Part shown: in pieces, positions 1 to 11,518 of the stretch | How the letters are laid out: every line of letters starts with the position of its first letter | Position numbering within the stretch: position 1 is the stretch's first letter | Origin: Hydrurus foetidus | Taxonomy: Eukaryota | Direction: 5' to 3' | Assembly: GCA_900617105.1 (NCBI GenBank) | Contig: UYFQ01000213.1 | Span: 1 to 58,405 of the forward strand | DNA length: 58,405 bases | Made by a program: the position numbers and the translations under genes | Notes under the pieces: generated by a model | Told to the model about the DNA's origin: nothing | The model's input: the letters and a program-made list of their open reading frames with translations, nothing else | The model's database searches: none

Positions 1-125
1 TCTTGGATTTATTTGGTACGTGTCGAACGTTCTTCTTGCGAATTTCACGTCCTGTTTCTTTTGACCGAAGATGTAGCCGATCATTTCTCGATAAGATGCA
101 ATTCCATTTCGTAACTTTTGATGTA

Positions 126-1139
126 TTATAGATATATTATGATGCAAAGTTTTTGAAACATAATGTAAACTAGAGAAAATAGTCTATCATTATCATGAAT
201 ATAATGGAATGAATCATCTTCTTCGAGAACTACTCTTTCAATAATTGGGTCCGATGATAGTGAGTCTATTGATTTCTCATCCTCATATTCAACTCTAGGA
301 ACCAATATAATTTTTCTAATTGAGAACCCATGAATATTTTCCTCTGTCATTATTGGCTCGGTACGATGACCTTCAATAAGGGTGAGTAACCCCGTTGTTG
401 ATAATACCGAATGTATCATACGCAGACGGTGAAATTTGTCTGGTGTATTGATATCAATGATATATTTTGATATTTCAGATATTAGTACTGTTGAATTTCG
501 CTGATAATGTATTCTCTTAACCATCTTTACACATGGTTTCTTCTTTGAATATTTAATCTGTTGTTCTTCATCACTGCTACTACTATCTTTGTCCCAGAAT
601 TCAGCCTGCCGCGGCGTCGTTCCAATTTTATAATTGTTGTTGTTTTTAGAGTTCTTTCGACCCTTCATTGTTGTTATTGAGGAATCGCTCGAAAAAATTT
701 TGCGAGGGTTTCCCCCGTTATTCAATCTACTAGAATTTTTGCTACTCCTACTATACGAATCGTCATCGGACGGCATCGGACTTTCTGGACTGGACGGACG
801 GAGGTTTGTAAGAATCGCTCTAGTCTCAGTGTTCCTAGACGAGGGTTGATCGCCTAGCGGCAGATCCACCCTTGGCGCGATGTCGATTAACCCTAACGGG
901 TTATCTATAATCGGGCTCTCATCTTTTAACAACTGGAGTTGAGCGATTCTTCTAGCTAAAGCTGCCCGGAATTGAGGGCTTTCCTCATCGATTACAACAC
1001 CGATGGGAGGCTCCTCAATTCCTAATGCAGGAGTCAGAGGGATAGTAGGTATATTAGTTTCAAGAGGAGGCTGCGGTGGCTCTTCGTCATCTTCAGACGT
1101 AAATGGCCCCGGGCCTTTCTTTCCTTTTGCCATCAACAA
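126..1139 (-). CDS. Gag-like ORF of an LTR retrotransposon that continues off the left edge of the window
   Basis: 337-aa P/S/E-rich ORF starting ~50 nt after a putative LTR and TGG-type PBS; pol lies outside the window, so the superfamily cannot be assigned. Confidence 0.5.
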   Translation of the reverse strand: MLMAKGKKGPGPFTSEDDEEPPQPPLETNIPTIPLTPALGIEEPPIGVVIDEESPQFRAALARRIAQLQLLKDESPIIDNPLGLIDIAPRVDLPLGDQPSSRNTETRAILTNLRPSSPESPMPSDDDSYSRSSKNSSRLNNGGNPRKIFSSDSSITTMKGRKNSKNNNNYKIGTTPRQAEFWDKDSSSSDEEQQIKYSKKKPCVKMVKRIHYQRNSTVLISEISKYIIDINTPDKFHRLRMIHSVLSTTGLLTLIEGHRTEPIMTEENIHGFSIRKIILVPRVEYEDEKSIDSLSSDPIIERVVLEEDDSFHYIHDNDRLFSLVYIMFQKLCIIIYL

Positions 1140-1196
1140 TTTGAGCGGGGGCTCTATCAGCTATCGTAGAAGTCTTGAAGGCTTCAATCGCTACCA

Positions 1197-1540
1197 TGTG
1201 AGTTGCCACGGGTTGGCACGAAGTCGGGAGGACATATCGTGGATGGCCAAATGAAGATGGAAAGGTTTGGTTAGTAAATTCGATTTAAGAATTAGAAACT
1301 GGCACGGAGGCCACAAAGCATAAAATCATGTTGCACATCATTTCTACCTGCCGTACAATAATAAGATCTCAATCGTCATGCGCATGCAATTTGACTGGCT
1401 CTCGTAGATTTGCATCTACGTTGTTGTATAGGCGAGATAGTAGCTACTCAACTGTAAATATGACGTTTGTACTAAAAGCTAGACTTTTGGTACCAAGTAC
1501 CGGATAAATACTATACAGCTGTGGTTATTATGGTGTAACA
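1197..1540 (-). repeat. Putative 5' LTR (344 bp) followed by a tRNA-type PBS
   Basis: Minus strand reads TGTTACACC...CTCACA then TGGTAGCGA (1196-1188), which is complementary to a tRNA CCA end (iMet-like); partner LTR is not in the window. Confidence 0.55.
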
Positions 1541-1684
1541 ATGGCAATATACGTGATACGAATTGGCATTGAGGAAGCGACTTGGTGCACATTGCACACC
1601 AATAACAATCTACAAAATGTGTTTACTTATGATATTCTATCATGCTAATTGTTGATTATCCAAATGGTTAATATACAGCTATAA

Positions 1685-2878
1685 CTAGCACTTATCGCTG
1701 TTATATACCGACAGAAAGTGCTCAATCAAACTGCGTCTCTTCATTTCAAAATCGGAATCAATTTCGGCCTCTACTTCATTGCCAAGCGCTTGGTTCTCGT
1801 CGTTAGATATATCAACAGCAGTAACCCACTGCTCCATCCTCGCGAGGACACGCATTTCTTGAATACCTGGCACTGCTCCCTCTTCATCGAAACCCTCATC
1901 ATAGTTGTCAGTCTGTGGATTGATTTGATCCCAGTCGACATCCTGCTCCCAACTGCTGTCCAAGCCATCGTACTCTAGTATAAGGTTGTGCAAAATGCAG
2001 CAAGAAAAAAATATAAAGTCAATGAGTGATTGATTTTGAAGAACAATGCCATTTCGAAGAAATCGCCATCGGCTCTTCAGAACCCCAAAAGTGCATTCGA
2101 CGTCTTTTCTTGTCGACTCGACCCATTCAGACCAGAGCCGGTCTCCTCTTGAGATCGTGTGTTTGATCGGATTGATCATGCAGCTCCAGCGATGATAACC
2201 ACCGTCGCAAATATAGTAGACACCTTTGACACTTTTTGAAATTCCGTCAATGAAGATATTGTACTGAATCTCTTCATGTACTTTCATGTTTTTTACGTCC
2301 GTAATGTAAGTGTCATGGTGAACAATAGTTTTGTCGTTCCGAACGCCATAAATGCTACTTGTTGCCCCAAGTATGCGTCTGTGATGGTCTACTGTACACG
2401 AATATGCAAGGGAAAGATATCCCTCCTTTCCCGAGCAAACTTGATTCAAACTCACGGGGTACCTATCCCACTTCAGATGAACACTGTCCGTCGATCCAAT
2501 TCACCCATTTTTGCAAAGACTTCCATCACTTTTTCTAACTTCTCATCCTTGGGTCGGTAAACAAATTGGTCGTAGTAATGTTGCACAAAGTTTTCGCAGA
2601 ATAGAAAATTCCCTTCTTGCAGTCGTTTCGCCCATGAACGTGACCTCTGCTATATCGTCAAAGTTCCAATTACGACCTAGAATTCTCAGGGCGGCAAGAA
2701 CTTTTATCTCGACCGGGCAAATGGCTCGATTGGCCACATCAGTATCCAAGTTGGAGTTTTTTCCAAAAACGTTCTTGTCAATGCATATGCTGAGCAGCTT
2801 GCAGTAAACTTGGTACGGCATACAGAATCTACGTCTAAAAAGCTTTCCATCTCGAGATAGGATGGATGGTGTAGCCAT
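1685..2878 (-). pseudogene. PIF/Harbinger (DDE_Tnp_4/Plant_tran-like) transposase, frameshifted
   Basis: Motifs FRRRFCMP, LRILGR, YYICDGGY, RKDVECTFGVLKSRWRFL and CCILHN are split over ORFs 2543-2878 and 1685-2455. Confidence 0.85.
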
Positions 2879-4641
2879 CTCTTTTTTTGTACATTACGTA
2901 TGTTATCAGTCTCACCGTGGTCAATAACTAGAGTATATCTATGCTATGATCCAACATATCTCAGCACAGAAGCCAATTCTTCCATTGGCGAGTTGGGTTT
3001 CAGAAACTTGAAGCATTCAGTTACTTAGTAAGGTATGATACTGCGAAAAGGACCTTCAAATCAATTTCAGAATTGAGTTCAGGACATCGACTTCAAAATG
3101 TCCTCTGAGTCTGACAGCGATACCTCTCGAGTGACAACTTGCCTAATACTTCTCATGCTTTTTTATTCTTGCGATAGGTATCAGTTATGACTTTGCCGTT
3201 TCGTTGGAGTAGGCGAAGAAGCTCTAGGTAAATGGGATGAATTTGAAGGTAGAGGCGATGCTTATTTGGAGTCATCTTTATTCTTCACAGCATTTTAATG
3301 CGTCTTTGCAGAGCATCGTCTACCGAACATCGCTAACCTCACCACCAATTATTTTGCAGAGCAGAGGCGGCGTAGAAGATGAAAAAATGTGACGCCGTTT
3401 AAAATCATAGGAAAGATGTAGGAGTGCTAAACTAATGTTGATGTCGTCACCTCATACACGCTAAATCTATCAACGACGGCGTTCTTCACACCACTGTGCG
3501 TAGATGAAAGAGACTGGCATTATGGCATTCTTTGGAGTACTCGAAGCATGTCATTTACTTTACCCACTGCGATCAAATTTACTATGTTTTAGTACCGAAC
3601 ACCTTTTATTAATTTCAGTATAGAAACAAATGATGTAGAAGCACAGCAGGATGGATAGGTATTTCTGGTCTTAAATAAAAGGGTGTGCGTCAATCCACAA
3701 TACATCTCAATTCTTAATTTCAGATACAGTTTCGATACCAGAGTGAAGCTTGCATGCTATGCCATGAAGCGCTCAGTTTAGCTCAGCCGTCACGGCTCCT
3801 AACGACTACACCGACTGGACCCACTCCGATATCACATCTGCTGTCTTGGTCCTCCTTCTCCTTTCACTCCGAATCCTTCTGGACAGCTAGTTCAATCGAT
3901 CTGCAATAGATTTGCAAAGAGGGTGCAAGTCATAAAACGAATAATTCATTGCATATTCTACCAACAGCTTCACTATCGGTGCTTCTGGGAAGTACATCAT
4001 CATTCTGTCGTATAAAGGAAGAATTCCTCTTAAAAGGACGACTTACTTTGCAGCCAATCGCAATCATAATAGGTGATAAAATATCGCCACTTTCTCCACT
4101 TGAAAAAAATATAGTGGCGTTTGCGCCTGAGAGACCAGTTACGAGTATTTCAAGTGAAGAATACTCTCAAGTGATCATTGATGTAACCACTCGCAAAGTT
4201 TCACCTTCAATTGATGCTCCCAGGCTGCGGGGAGTAATCATTTACAGCTCCAAAAATGCTTCCTCACCGACCTCCTAAAAGTGATTTGCGTCAGTATTCA
4301 ATGGACGTTGAGGTAGGAAGCAAAATCAGATTATTGTTTTACAAACATTGAAAGAGCCTTGTGTTGAAGAGAACCACTCACCATTCAGTCTTTCATATCA
4401 TTCGGCGACTCCTTTTCTTTGCCAAAGGATGGGTTTGGAATCGGAGCAAACCAGAAGTCTGGTGAGGCATTGAGCCCCAACGCAACGACAGAGCCTCATT
4501 AATCAATCAGTCCCGGTCACTTTCCGCACGAAGCTGATGACTCAAGCGCAGTAGTTGCTGAGTTCTATTTGTATCTATGATGTTTAGATGTTGAGCACGA
4601 TGCTCAGTATGGAGGAATACTTAAATTCTATTTTCCATGTA

Positions 4642-7600
4642 CCGTCGAGTGCCATATGTTTTGTATTCCGGTATGGTATTACGGCCAAAATCCAACATAT
4701 TTACTCAACATCGTAGTTACAGCGACTCTCATCTCTTTACAGCATATCTCGAAGAGGAATCAACTTTCGAGCATTCTGCAGCTTGATATAATTGTGGGGT
4801 AAATATTACTTACCTACAATCTAATTCCCAGCAGGAAATTCTGTACAACAGCTTTCGTCGCCAAGTTGCTGAGACCTTTTTTTCAGCTGTCTTTATTTCA
4901 GTTGCAACTTTAGAGCAGACCAGCTATTGAAATTGAGATCTGAAGGTGTTTTTCTCAAGTTGTTGCTGTGCATTTATCGAATTTGATATGCACTTTAAGT
5001 TTCCACCGACTATTTCTCATTTTCAACTGGAAACAATAAAACAGGCAAAATGAAGACAGCAATGAGAGATTATCAACTAGTAATTGATTACTGTGCTTGC
5101 ATGGTCGCCATAGCACTGTCTCGTCATAGGGTTGATAGTGATAATATAGATACTCAATAATCTGCTGAGGAGTTGAGCTCACAGCTCAATCTCCTCCCCT
5201 ATTCTGACGGTCCGAACTTCAATGTGAATTCATTGGCATTGAAGCATGGATATCAACTGTTTAGTGGATACTTAAGAAAAAGAGGGATTGATATGATTCC
5301 TATGTACGAAAAGGATAAATATCTTGTAGCTTTATATGAGCTGGAAACTGTCAGAGAAGCACTGAGATCAATTTCTCAACCTTTTCTAGTCTATCTATTA
5401 TTGATACAGAGGCTACTGTATCACTTTCAGTGATAAGCATCCGCGACAGAATATTGCAAATTTCTCATTATCCTCCGTCGCCTCATCCATCTCCGAGCTC
5501 TGTGTTAGGCGCTCTTCATTACTCTGCGATCGTAGAGATGAACAAGTCGAAAGTTGTTACTGCTCCTAAAATAATAACAAGAAAATCTCCCAATGAATTA
5601 ATGACAGTGCTAATAAAATTATGGTTAATGCAGAAACCCGTTTCGGTCTCGATCATTCTTTGTTTTACTTGGAATTTGCAGTAAAAAGAGCTAAAAAAAG
5701 GAAATTGAAGCCAATTGCCACACAACAAAATGATATTGTAAACGATGACGATAAAAGTGACTCTGAGGATGATGATGGTGCAGAAGATGATGCATTGGAA
5801 AATTTAAGTGCAGGGGAGTTGATTTATGACCCAAGAATTCTAATTGCTCTGTCCAATATTCCAGCTAAGCACGTTATATTTGCTGAAAGTGACAAAACAA
5901 ATGTCTGTGCTCTATACACGGTTGTCAAAGTTGTCGCTGCTGAGAGGGATTACAAGAATCTGAAGGTAGCTGGAGCCATAGCAACAAGGGAATAATAATA
6001 CGACAGTGTCGTCGTCACAATTTACAAATAAGTGGGTGAAATCGTTTCTATCTAAAGGGGGTCTGAGGAGAAGAAAAATAACAAGAGAGGATAAAGATAT
6101 TCCAGAAAGTGAAGAAATATTGCAAGTTATGAGAATAGGCCAAAAATTATTCATCAATAATGAGCACGATGAATAGGCATGTTTTAATTTCGATGAAACA
6201 GCATTTACCTGGGCTATTGGACCGACTCACGTGTACTGCCCGATAAATCAACAAAGAGCGACAAATATTGGGATTACGGATACCAAAGTAAGAATTACCG
6301 CAGTAATTGCTGTTAATGCAGCAGGACAGTTCGCTCCCCTTATGCTTATCCTTAAGCATTCTGTGAGTTCTGGAAAAAAGTCCAGATCAAACAAGAATGA
6401 TAGTTATAAGTAAACTGCACAAGATAGAAGGATTCACAGAATTAGATGGTTGGAAAAAGAAATGTTGGGAAAAATCGCTAACAATTAAGGGGAAACAGAT
6501 ATACATAAAATCATTTACATAATCCACGAAGATACTCATCATGTCATAACGAGTCAAGTAAAAGCGTGGAATGATACAGCAAGGATGGTTATGTGGTATG
6601 ACGTATTGGTCAAGCCTATTAAAGAAAGATTAGGGAAAATGTTGCTGTGGTGTGATAATTGTGGATCCCAGAAAACGAGCAGCGTATGAGATGTGATAGA
6701 AGAAATTGGTATGGATGTCGCATTCCTCCCTCGCAATATGACGGGTGAACTTCAAGTTCTGGACCTGGTAGTGAATGGCCCACTAAAAGCGCACATCCGA
6801 AATAATCGTGCTAATCGGCTCTACAGCCATTTTCAAAAATATAGAGTCGGTAGGGCTGCAGATAGCCAATTACCTGTGAGTGAGCGACAAAATGTAGGAT
6901 TTAATCCACCAAAACCTACACAAGTAGAAGGCATGAAGGATCTTGTCAAGCTTTTTGCAGAGCAGATGACTGAAGAAAGATTCAAGGCAAGCATTAAAAG
7001 GAGTTTCTTGAAGACTGGGACATTACCTACGATACATGACGATCTTTCCCAGTCTCCAACATTTGCTGAATATCATAAGGTATCCATTTGCGGAACCATG
7101 TTGTGTATCCCTAATGGAAGATTAAAAAGTTACCAAAATATTGAATCAGAACTGTCAGGTGCGACTGAAGAAGTGGAAGAAATGGGAGATGAGGGGATTG
7201 TACGTGCTATCTTAATGTACCATGAGAATCAGGCTATCGACAGCGACGATGATCATGAAGCAACCGATGATGATGACATGTAACACACTTTCAGCAAATT
7301 AGTATTCATGAATGTCTATATCTTTTTTTGATGTGTAAATTAACGTATATACATCTCTTATTCCATGCACGCCTATCACCTCTACACTGGTAGACTGATA
7401 TCCGAAAATTAGTCCCCCTGCCATCAAAAAAAAATTTTGTTCTTTAACATCCCACTTTACTCTAATCTAAAAAAAGGCCAAAAAATTAATAACTCACGGA
7501 TAGAATACTCACTTTTAGCTTTAAGCTTTTGACAGTGTAGACTGATGCTCGTATAGGATGCTTTGTGCTCACAAATTGATGAAGACGATAAAAATAATTA

Positions 7601-8370
7601 AAATTAATAAATGAGGCGACCATAAACGTACTTGCAAATGCTGTGTTCAATGCGCGACGAATTCACAATTGACACAGCTTTGAAGGTTTTAATCCTTCCA
7701 AGATCAGAGACAAAAGCATTTTATCACACCACGCACCATTACTTGCAGAATATACAAGGATTTTGATTTCATAGCCATCTCGGCGATGATGAGAGTCTTC
7801 ACTTAAAGTGCGACTGAAGTAAAATCCTTTTTCATAACAGTCGTATTCCAACAAAACATCGAAGTCATCGTCCATGAAGCGTGATAAAATCAACGCAACA
7901 TTTCTATCAACGTTCTCCAGGAACAAAATCTCCAGCTAAATCTACGGCAGCCGCATGAGGCGCCAGAATCTGAATACAGTTGCTATCTGATTCATTTCGA
8001 TGTTGGGAAAATTGTCAAGGTCATTACAAATCACGATTATATCTCTCCTACGATTCGCCAGTCACAGCTCAGAAGGGATTATAGCTTTTGAAGCCCGAAT
8101 GCATGGACAGAAATTTCAGATCGGGTCTTTCAAAAGATTTGTACCGATGCTTTCAAGCAACTTACTTCTTTGAGGCTTGTCGCACTGATCTACATGATGT
8201 CCACAAACGCAACGCAAAAAAAACTTGTCGAGAGGAGATCAGTCGGTAAAGTTATGCTTGCGACATCGCGAGAGTACTCAACTGCATCAGACATCTTGAA
8301 TACCTGCCCTAATACCGAAAAATCTGTTTTCACCATCTAGACGGAATACAAAACATATGGCACTCGACGG
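4642..8370 (+). mobile_element. pogo/Tc1-mariner DNA transposon, 3.7 kb
   Basis: Perfect 29-bp TIRs CCGTCGAGTGCCATATGTTTTGTATTCCG (4642-4670 and 8342-8370), TA on both flanks, internal DDE_1 transposase remnant. Confidence 0.92.
5621..7283 (+). pseudogene. pogo-like (DDE_1) transposase, disrupted
   Basis: NFDET, RITAVIAVNAAG, LLWCDNC and FLPRNMTGELQVLDLVVNGPLK occur in different frames, separated by stops and frameshifts. Confidence 0.85.
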
Positions 8371-8646
8371 TAACCTGATCCGTTCTGGGCTCACATTCCG
8401 GTTAGGGGTCTCATAATTTGGGTGGGGAGTCGCAGGAGTTCTTTGCGCAACCAATAATTATCGGATTCACTTGATATTTTGAGGGCATATTCTACTCTGC
8501 TTTTATAATCGTTTCTACGATTTAGAAAAAAAAAGTTTTACAAAAAATGAAAATAATTTTTCCAATATACAAATATGTGTAAACTTTCATTGAGTTGAAG
8601 TGATTCAAAAAAGTTGAAAATTGTCATAGAAGTCGTGAACAATAAA

Positions 8647-9453
8647 TTATTGCTTGCCATTATAAATTGTTGTAAAAATTTCCTCAGTTAGTACAATCTT
8701 ATTTTGCATAATTGGGTTATCATCAAATTTATATCTCACTGTGTCCCTGTGAATATTCTGAACCATTTTCTTCAATATATATTCTGTTGATGTTAGACTT
8801 CTCCATGTTGAAACCTCAATATCGTACGGGTAAGAAATTCTAACTACTTGACCAATATCAAAACGACACTGTCTTCTACTACCGCTGGTTAGCATTGGGT
8901 CAAAAACTATTACATCGCCGTTCTTAAGTGTGTTGAACAAATTACACGCTAAATTACGTACACGAGTTTTAGACTCGTTTATCCATCTTGCATCAGTGCA
9001 TCTAATAATCTTATACTCAAAGGGCTCTCTGCTGAAACATCCTTCGATTGCCTTGAAAGACCCCGACATAGTCCCTTTGATGCAAGCAGGACACCAGCAA
9101 GCACTAAGCTGGAATCCCAATCCTCCTCTATGCATAGCTTCAAAGAAGAATATCTTTTGAGTTCCAGCTCCATCAAAAGATTCGATATTCTGTATTGTAC
9201 TCTGTTCTATGGTGGGGTATTCCTTAACTTCTCCGTCAGGGAGTAATATGATAGACCAATGTTTAACTTTAATGCGTTTCGTATTTGCATACTCCTCTTG
9301 TTTAATCTCTGAACAGAACAAACGCGTTAATAGATCAAACACTTCACTCGCTGTTTTTACTATCAGCGACTCACTTACAATTCGGCGTGTAGCTGCATTT
9401 TTCAGAATACCTCCGAACTCATCCCAAGTACCCTTGCCATGACCTGGTGCCCC
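8647..9453 (-). pseudogene. C-terminal fragment of a Sola2-like transposase
   Basis: Reads GAPGHGKGTWDEFGGILKN (HGKGxxDxxGG motif) and, further on, CWCPAC; the N-terminal catalytic part is absent. Family assignment is from motif recall. Confidence 0.6.
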
Positions 9454-9574
9454 GCCTCAGGGAGAATCGCCTCGATTTTGATGGAGAGCATCCTATTGTC
9501 GGCTGTATTTGCTAATGTATCATTCAAAATTGATCTCTGAATTCCTCTGTTGATTTCGCCAGCGAGATCATCAA

Positions 9575-9931
9575 GGACATCATCTTCAGGAAAGTCACCG
9601 TGATTCATCAAAATCTTCAGCTTGTCATCAAATCCTCTTCGTGAAGACAAAGAAATATTGTATAAGCATGGGTCAAAGAAGGTATTCCCGATTGTTTGGG
9701 AACAGTAATTAATCAATTCGATTCGATCAGCTACCTTTTGGATGATATATTTTCATCCGGGACATCATCTTCAGGAAAGTCACCGTGATTCATGAAATTC
9801 TTCAGCTTGCCATCAAATCCTCTTCGCCAAGACAAAGAAATATTTTATGAGCATGAGTCAAAGAAGGTATTCCCAATTGTCTGGGTCAAAGTAATTAATC
9901 AATTCGATTCGATCAGCTACCTTTTTGATGA
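9575..9931. repeat. Diverged direct duplication of ~170 bp (period ~185)
   Basis: GGACATCATCTTCAGGAAAGTCACCGTGATTCAT starts at 9575 and again at 9760. Confidence 0.85.
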
Positions 9932-10236
9932 CAGGTTTGATGATTCGGAAAAATTCGAGCCCAAGCTCTCTGTTGACGTGTCAAGAATAGACACTACGTC
10001 GAAAAGTTCCTCGATGATGTAGACTCGAAGGCGATCAACATTTAACAGCTGGCAATCCACTTGAAAAATTGCTAAATTGATTGGCGTAGATGTGCTGCAT
10101 GAGAGGTATTGACATTCGAGATGAGAAGCCTCGCCGAGGATTCGTTAATTTAAAAATTACGATTCTAAAAAGAAAACAGTGAAAAGATCTCCCGTCCGAA
10201 TTGTGATACCCTTGATCGGAATGTGAGCCTCTGGTG

Positions 10237-10451
10237 TGTTGGTCCACGTACTGTACGTCCACGCAGTACGTACTTTGGCACAGCCCGTACACTCCATGTC
10301 GTACGCTATTAGATTCAAACACATGCAGTGCAGTCACAGTATTTCATAGTCAACTTGCAATTTCACATCTCACACATAATTTAATTCCAACACCCGTGAA
10401 ACAAGTCCTTCGTTTCACATTTGGTACGCAATTCAATCTGCGATATCAACA
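10237..10451 (+). repeat. 5' LTR of Copia element 1
   Basis: TGTTGG...TCAACA, near-identical to 15383-15599. Confidence 0.95.
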
Positions 10452-10473
10452 GTTGGAATTAACTTTCTTCGGC

Positions 10474-11518
10474 ATGGCCACCTTACCAGTTACCCTTCTG
10501 GATAACCCTCGGCAGCAATTCCGTCTTTTTAATCGCGCAGCCGTTGCCGCATATGGCGCAGAATGCCCTACCATCTACACGCATGGTCTCCTTGGGTTCA
10601 TCGTCAGTGATCTCCAATGGGCTCAACTTCCCGGCAATCTGGTCCCCAATGAAGATGTCGCCCTTCCACCAGCACTTCTGCCTCGCCCTGCCATCGTCAT
10701 TCCGCCAACGCCCCCAGCCACTGCTAGCTCGCTTACAATCAAAGTGTGGGAGCGCATGCTGGCCGATAATCTCCTCACCACCGACAATTTGCGCCGACTA
10801 AAACAACTTCTTATCTCTAGCATTGCGCCCGCCGACTTAGTCGTACTACATGATCCCTTTTTCGGATTACTCAACGTCCCAGCATTAGCTATCATGACAC
10901 ACATCACCATGCTACATGGAACACGCAATCAGACGGATTTCGCGCATCTCCGCGCCCAACTTCTCACGCCAATAAACTCCCGCGACTCGATTCAAGAATT
11001 TATTGGATTTCAACAACTGCTGCATGATCAGTTCGCTGAATCGCAACAACCGCTCTCGGAACTCGATAAATGTCACCATTTCCGAGAAGCAGTCAAAACT
11101 CAGGCCCATGTACAACACGCCATCGACTCCTACCTTGTTGCCACTCCGTTAGTAAGTGAGCAAACGTTCGCAACTCTCACCACCCACGTTGTGGAACAAG
11201 CTCCCAACTTCACGCCCACCACTGCCTCTATGGGATATTCAGCCAACACAGCTATAGAACAAATCCGTTCTACCACAGCCTCATTCCTGACTTCTCCAGC
11301 CTTCGCAGCGCTGATTACCGCCGCTGTTCAAGCAGCTAATCCCGCACCGCGAAAAGAACGCCGCGACCGTCCTCGCCTTCCTCCTAAGACTCGTACTTAC
11401 TGCTTCCACCACGGATACGATAGTCACACTAGCACCGACTGTAGACGCATTCTCGGCAAACAAGAAGACAGCCACCTCACACCTGGATATCGCCGGTGGA
11501 TCCACCAACCGTTTGTGA
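10474..11518 (+). pseudogene. gag of Copia element 1
   Basis: ATG at 10474 just after the PBS position; Zn-knuckle YCFHHG-x3-H-x4-C; frameshift near 11460; probable true end GGSTNRL-TGA at 11516-11518. Confidence 0.8.

Larger units (their letters stand above)
8388..10229 (-). mobile_element. Non-autonomous Sola-like DNA transposon (internal deletion derivative)
   Basis: Imperfect ~40-bp TIRs starting GGCTCACATTCCG; 4-bp TSD TCTG (8384-8387 and 10230-10233); transposase C-terminal half inside. Confidence 0.75.

Noticed and set aside
4535..4570. CTGATGA hammerhead-like core (also at 16301, 52340 and 55387)
   Set aside because: No correctly placed stem II-GAAA and stem III could be built
2879..4600. 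Second (Myb-like) Harbinger ORF and Harbinger TIRs
   Set aside because: Sequence is too decayed; no TIR pair or Myb tryptophan pattern found
10234..10473. N-terminal extension of gag and the small ORFs at 15382, 45660 and 51231
   Set aside because: They are translations of LTR sequence, mostly with non-ATG starts
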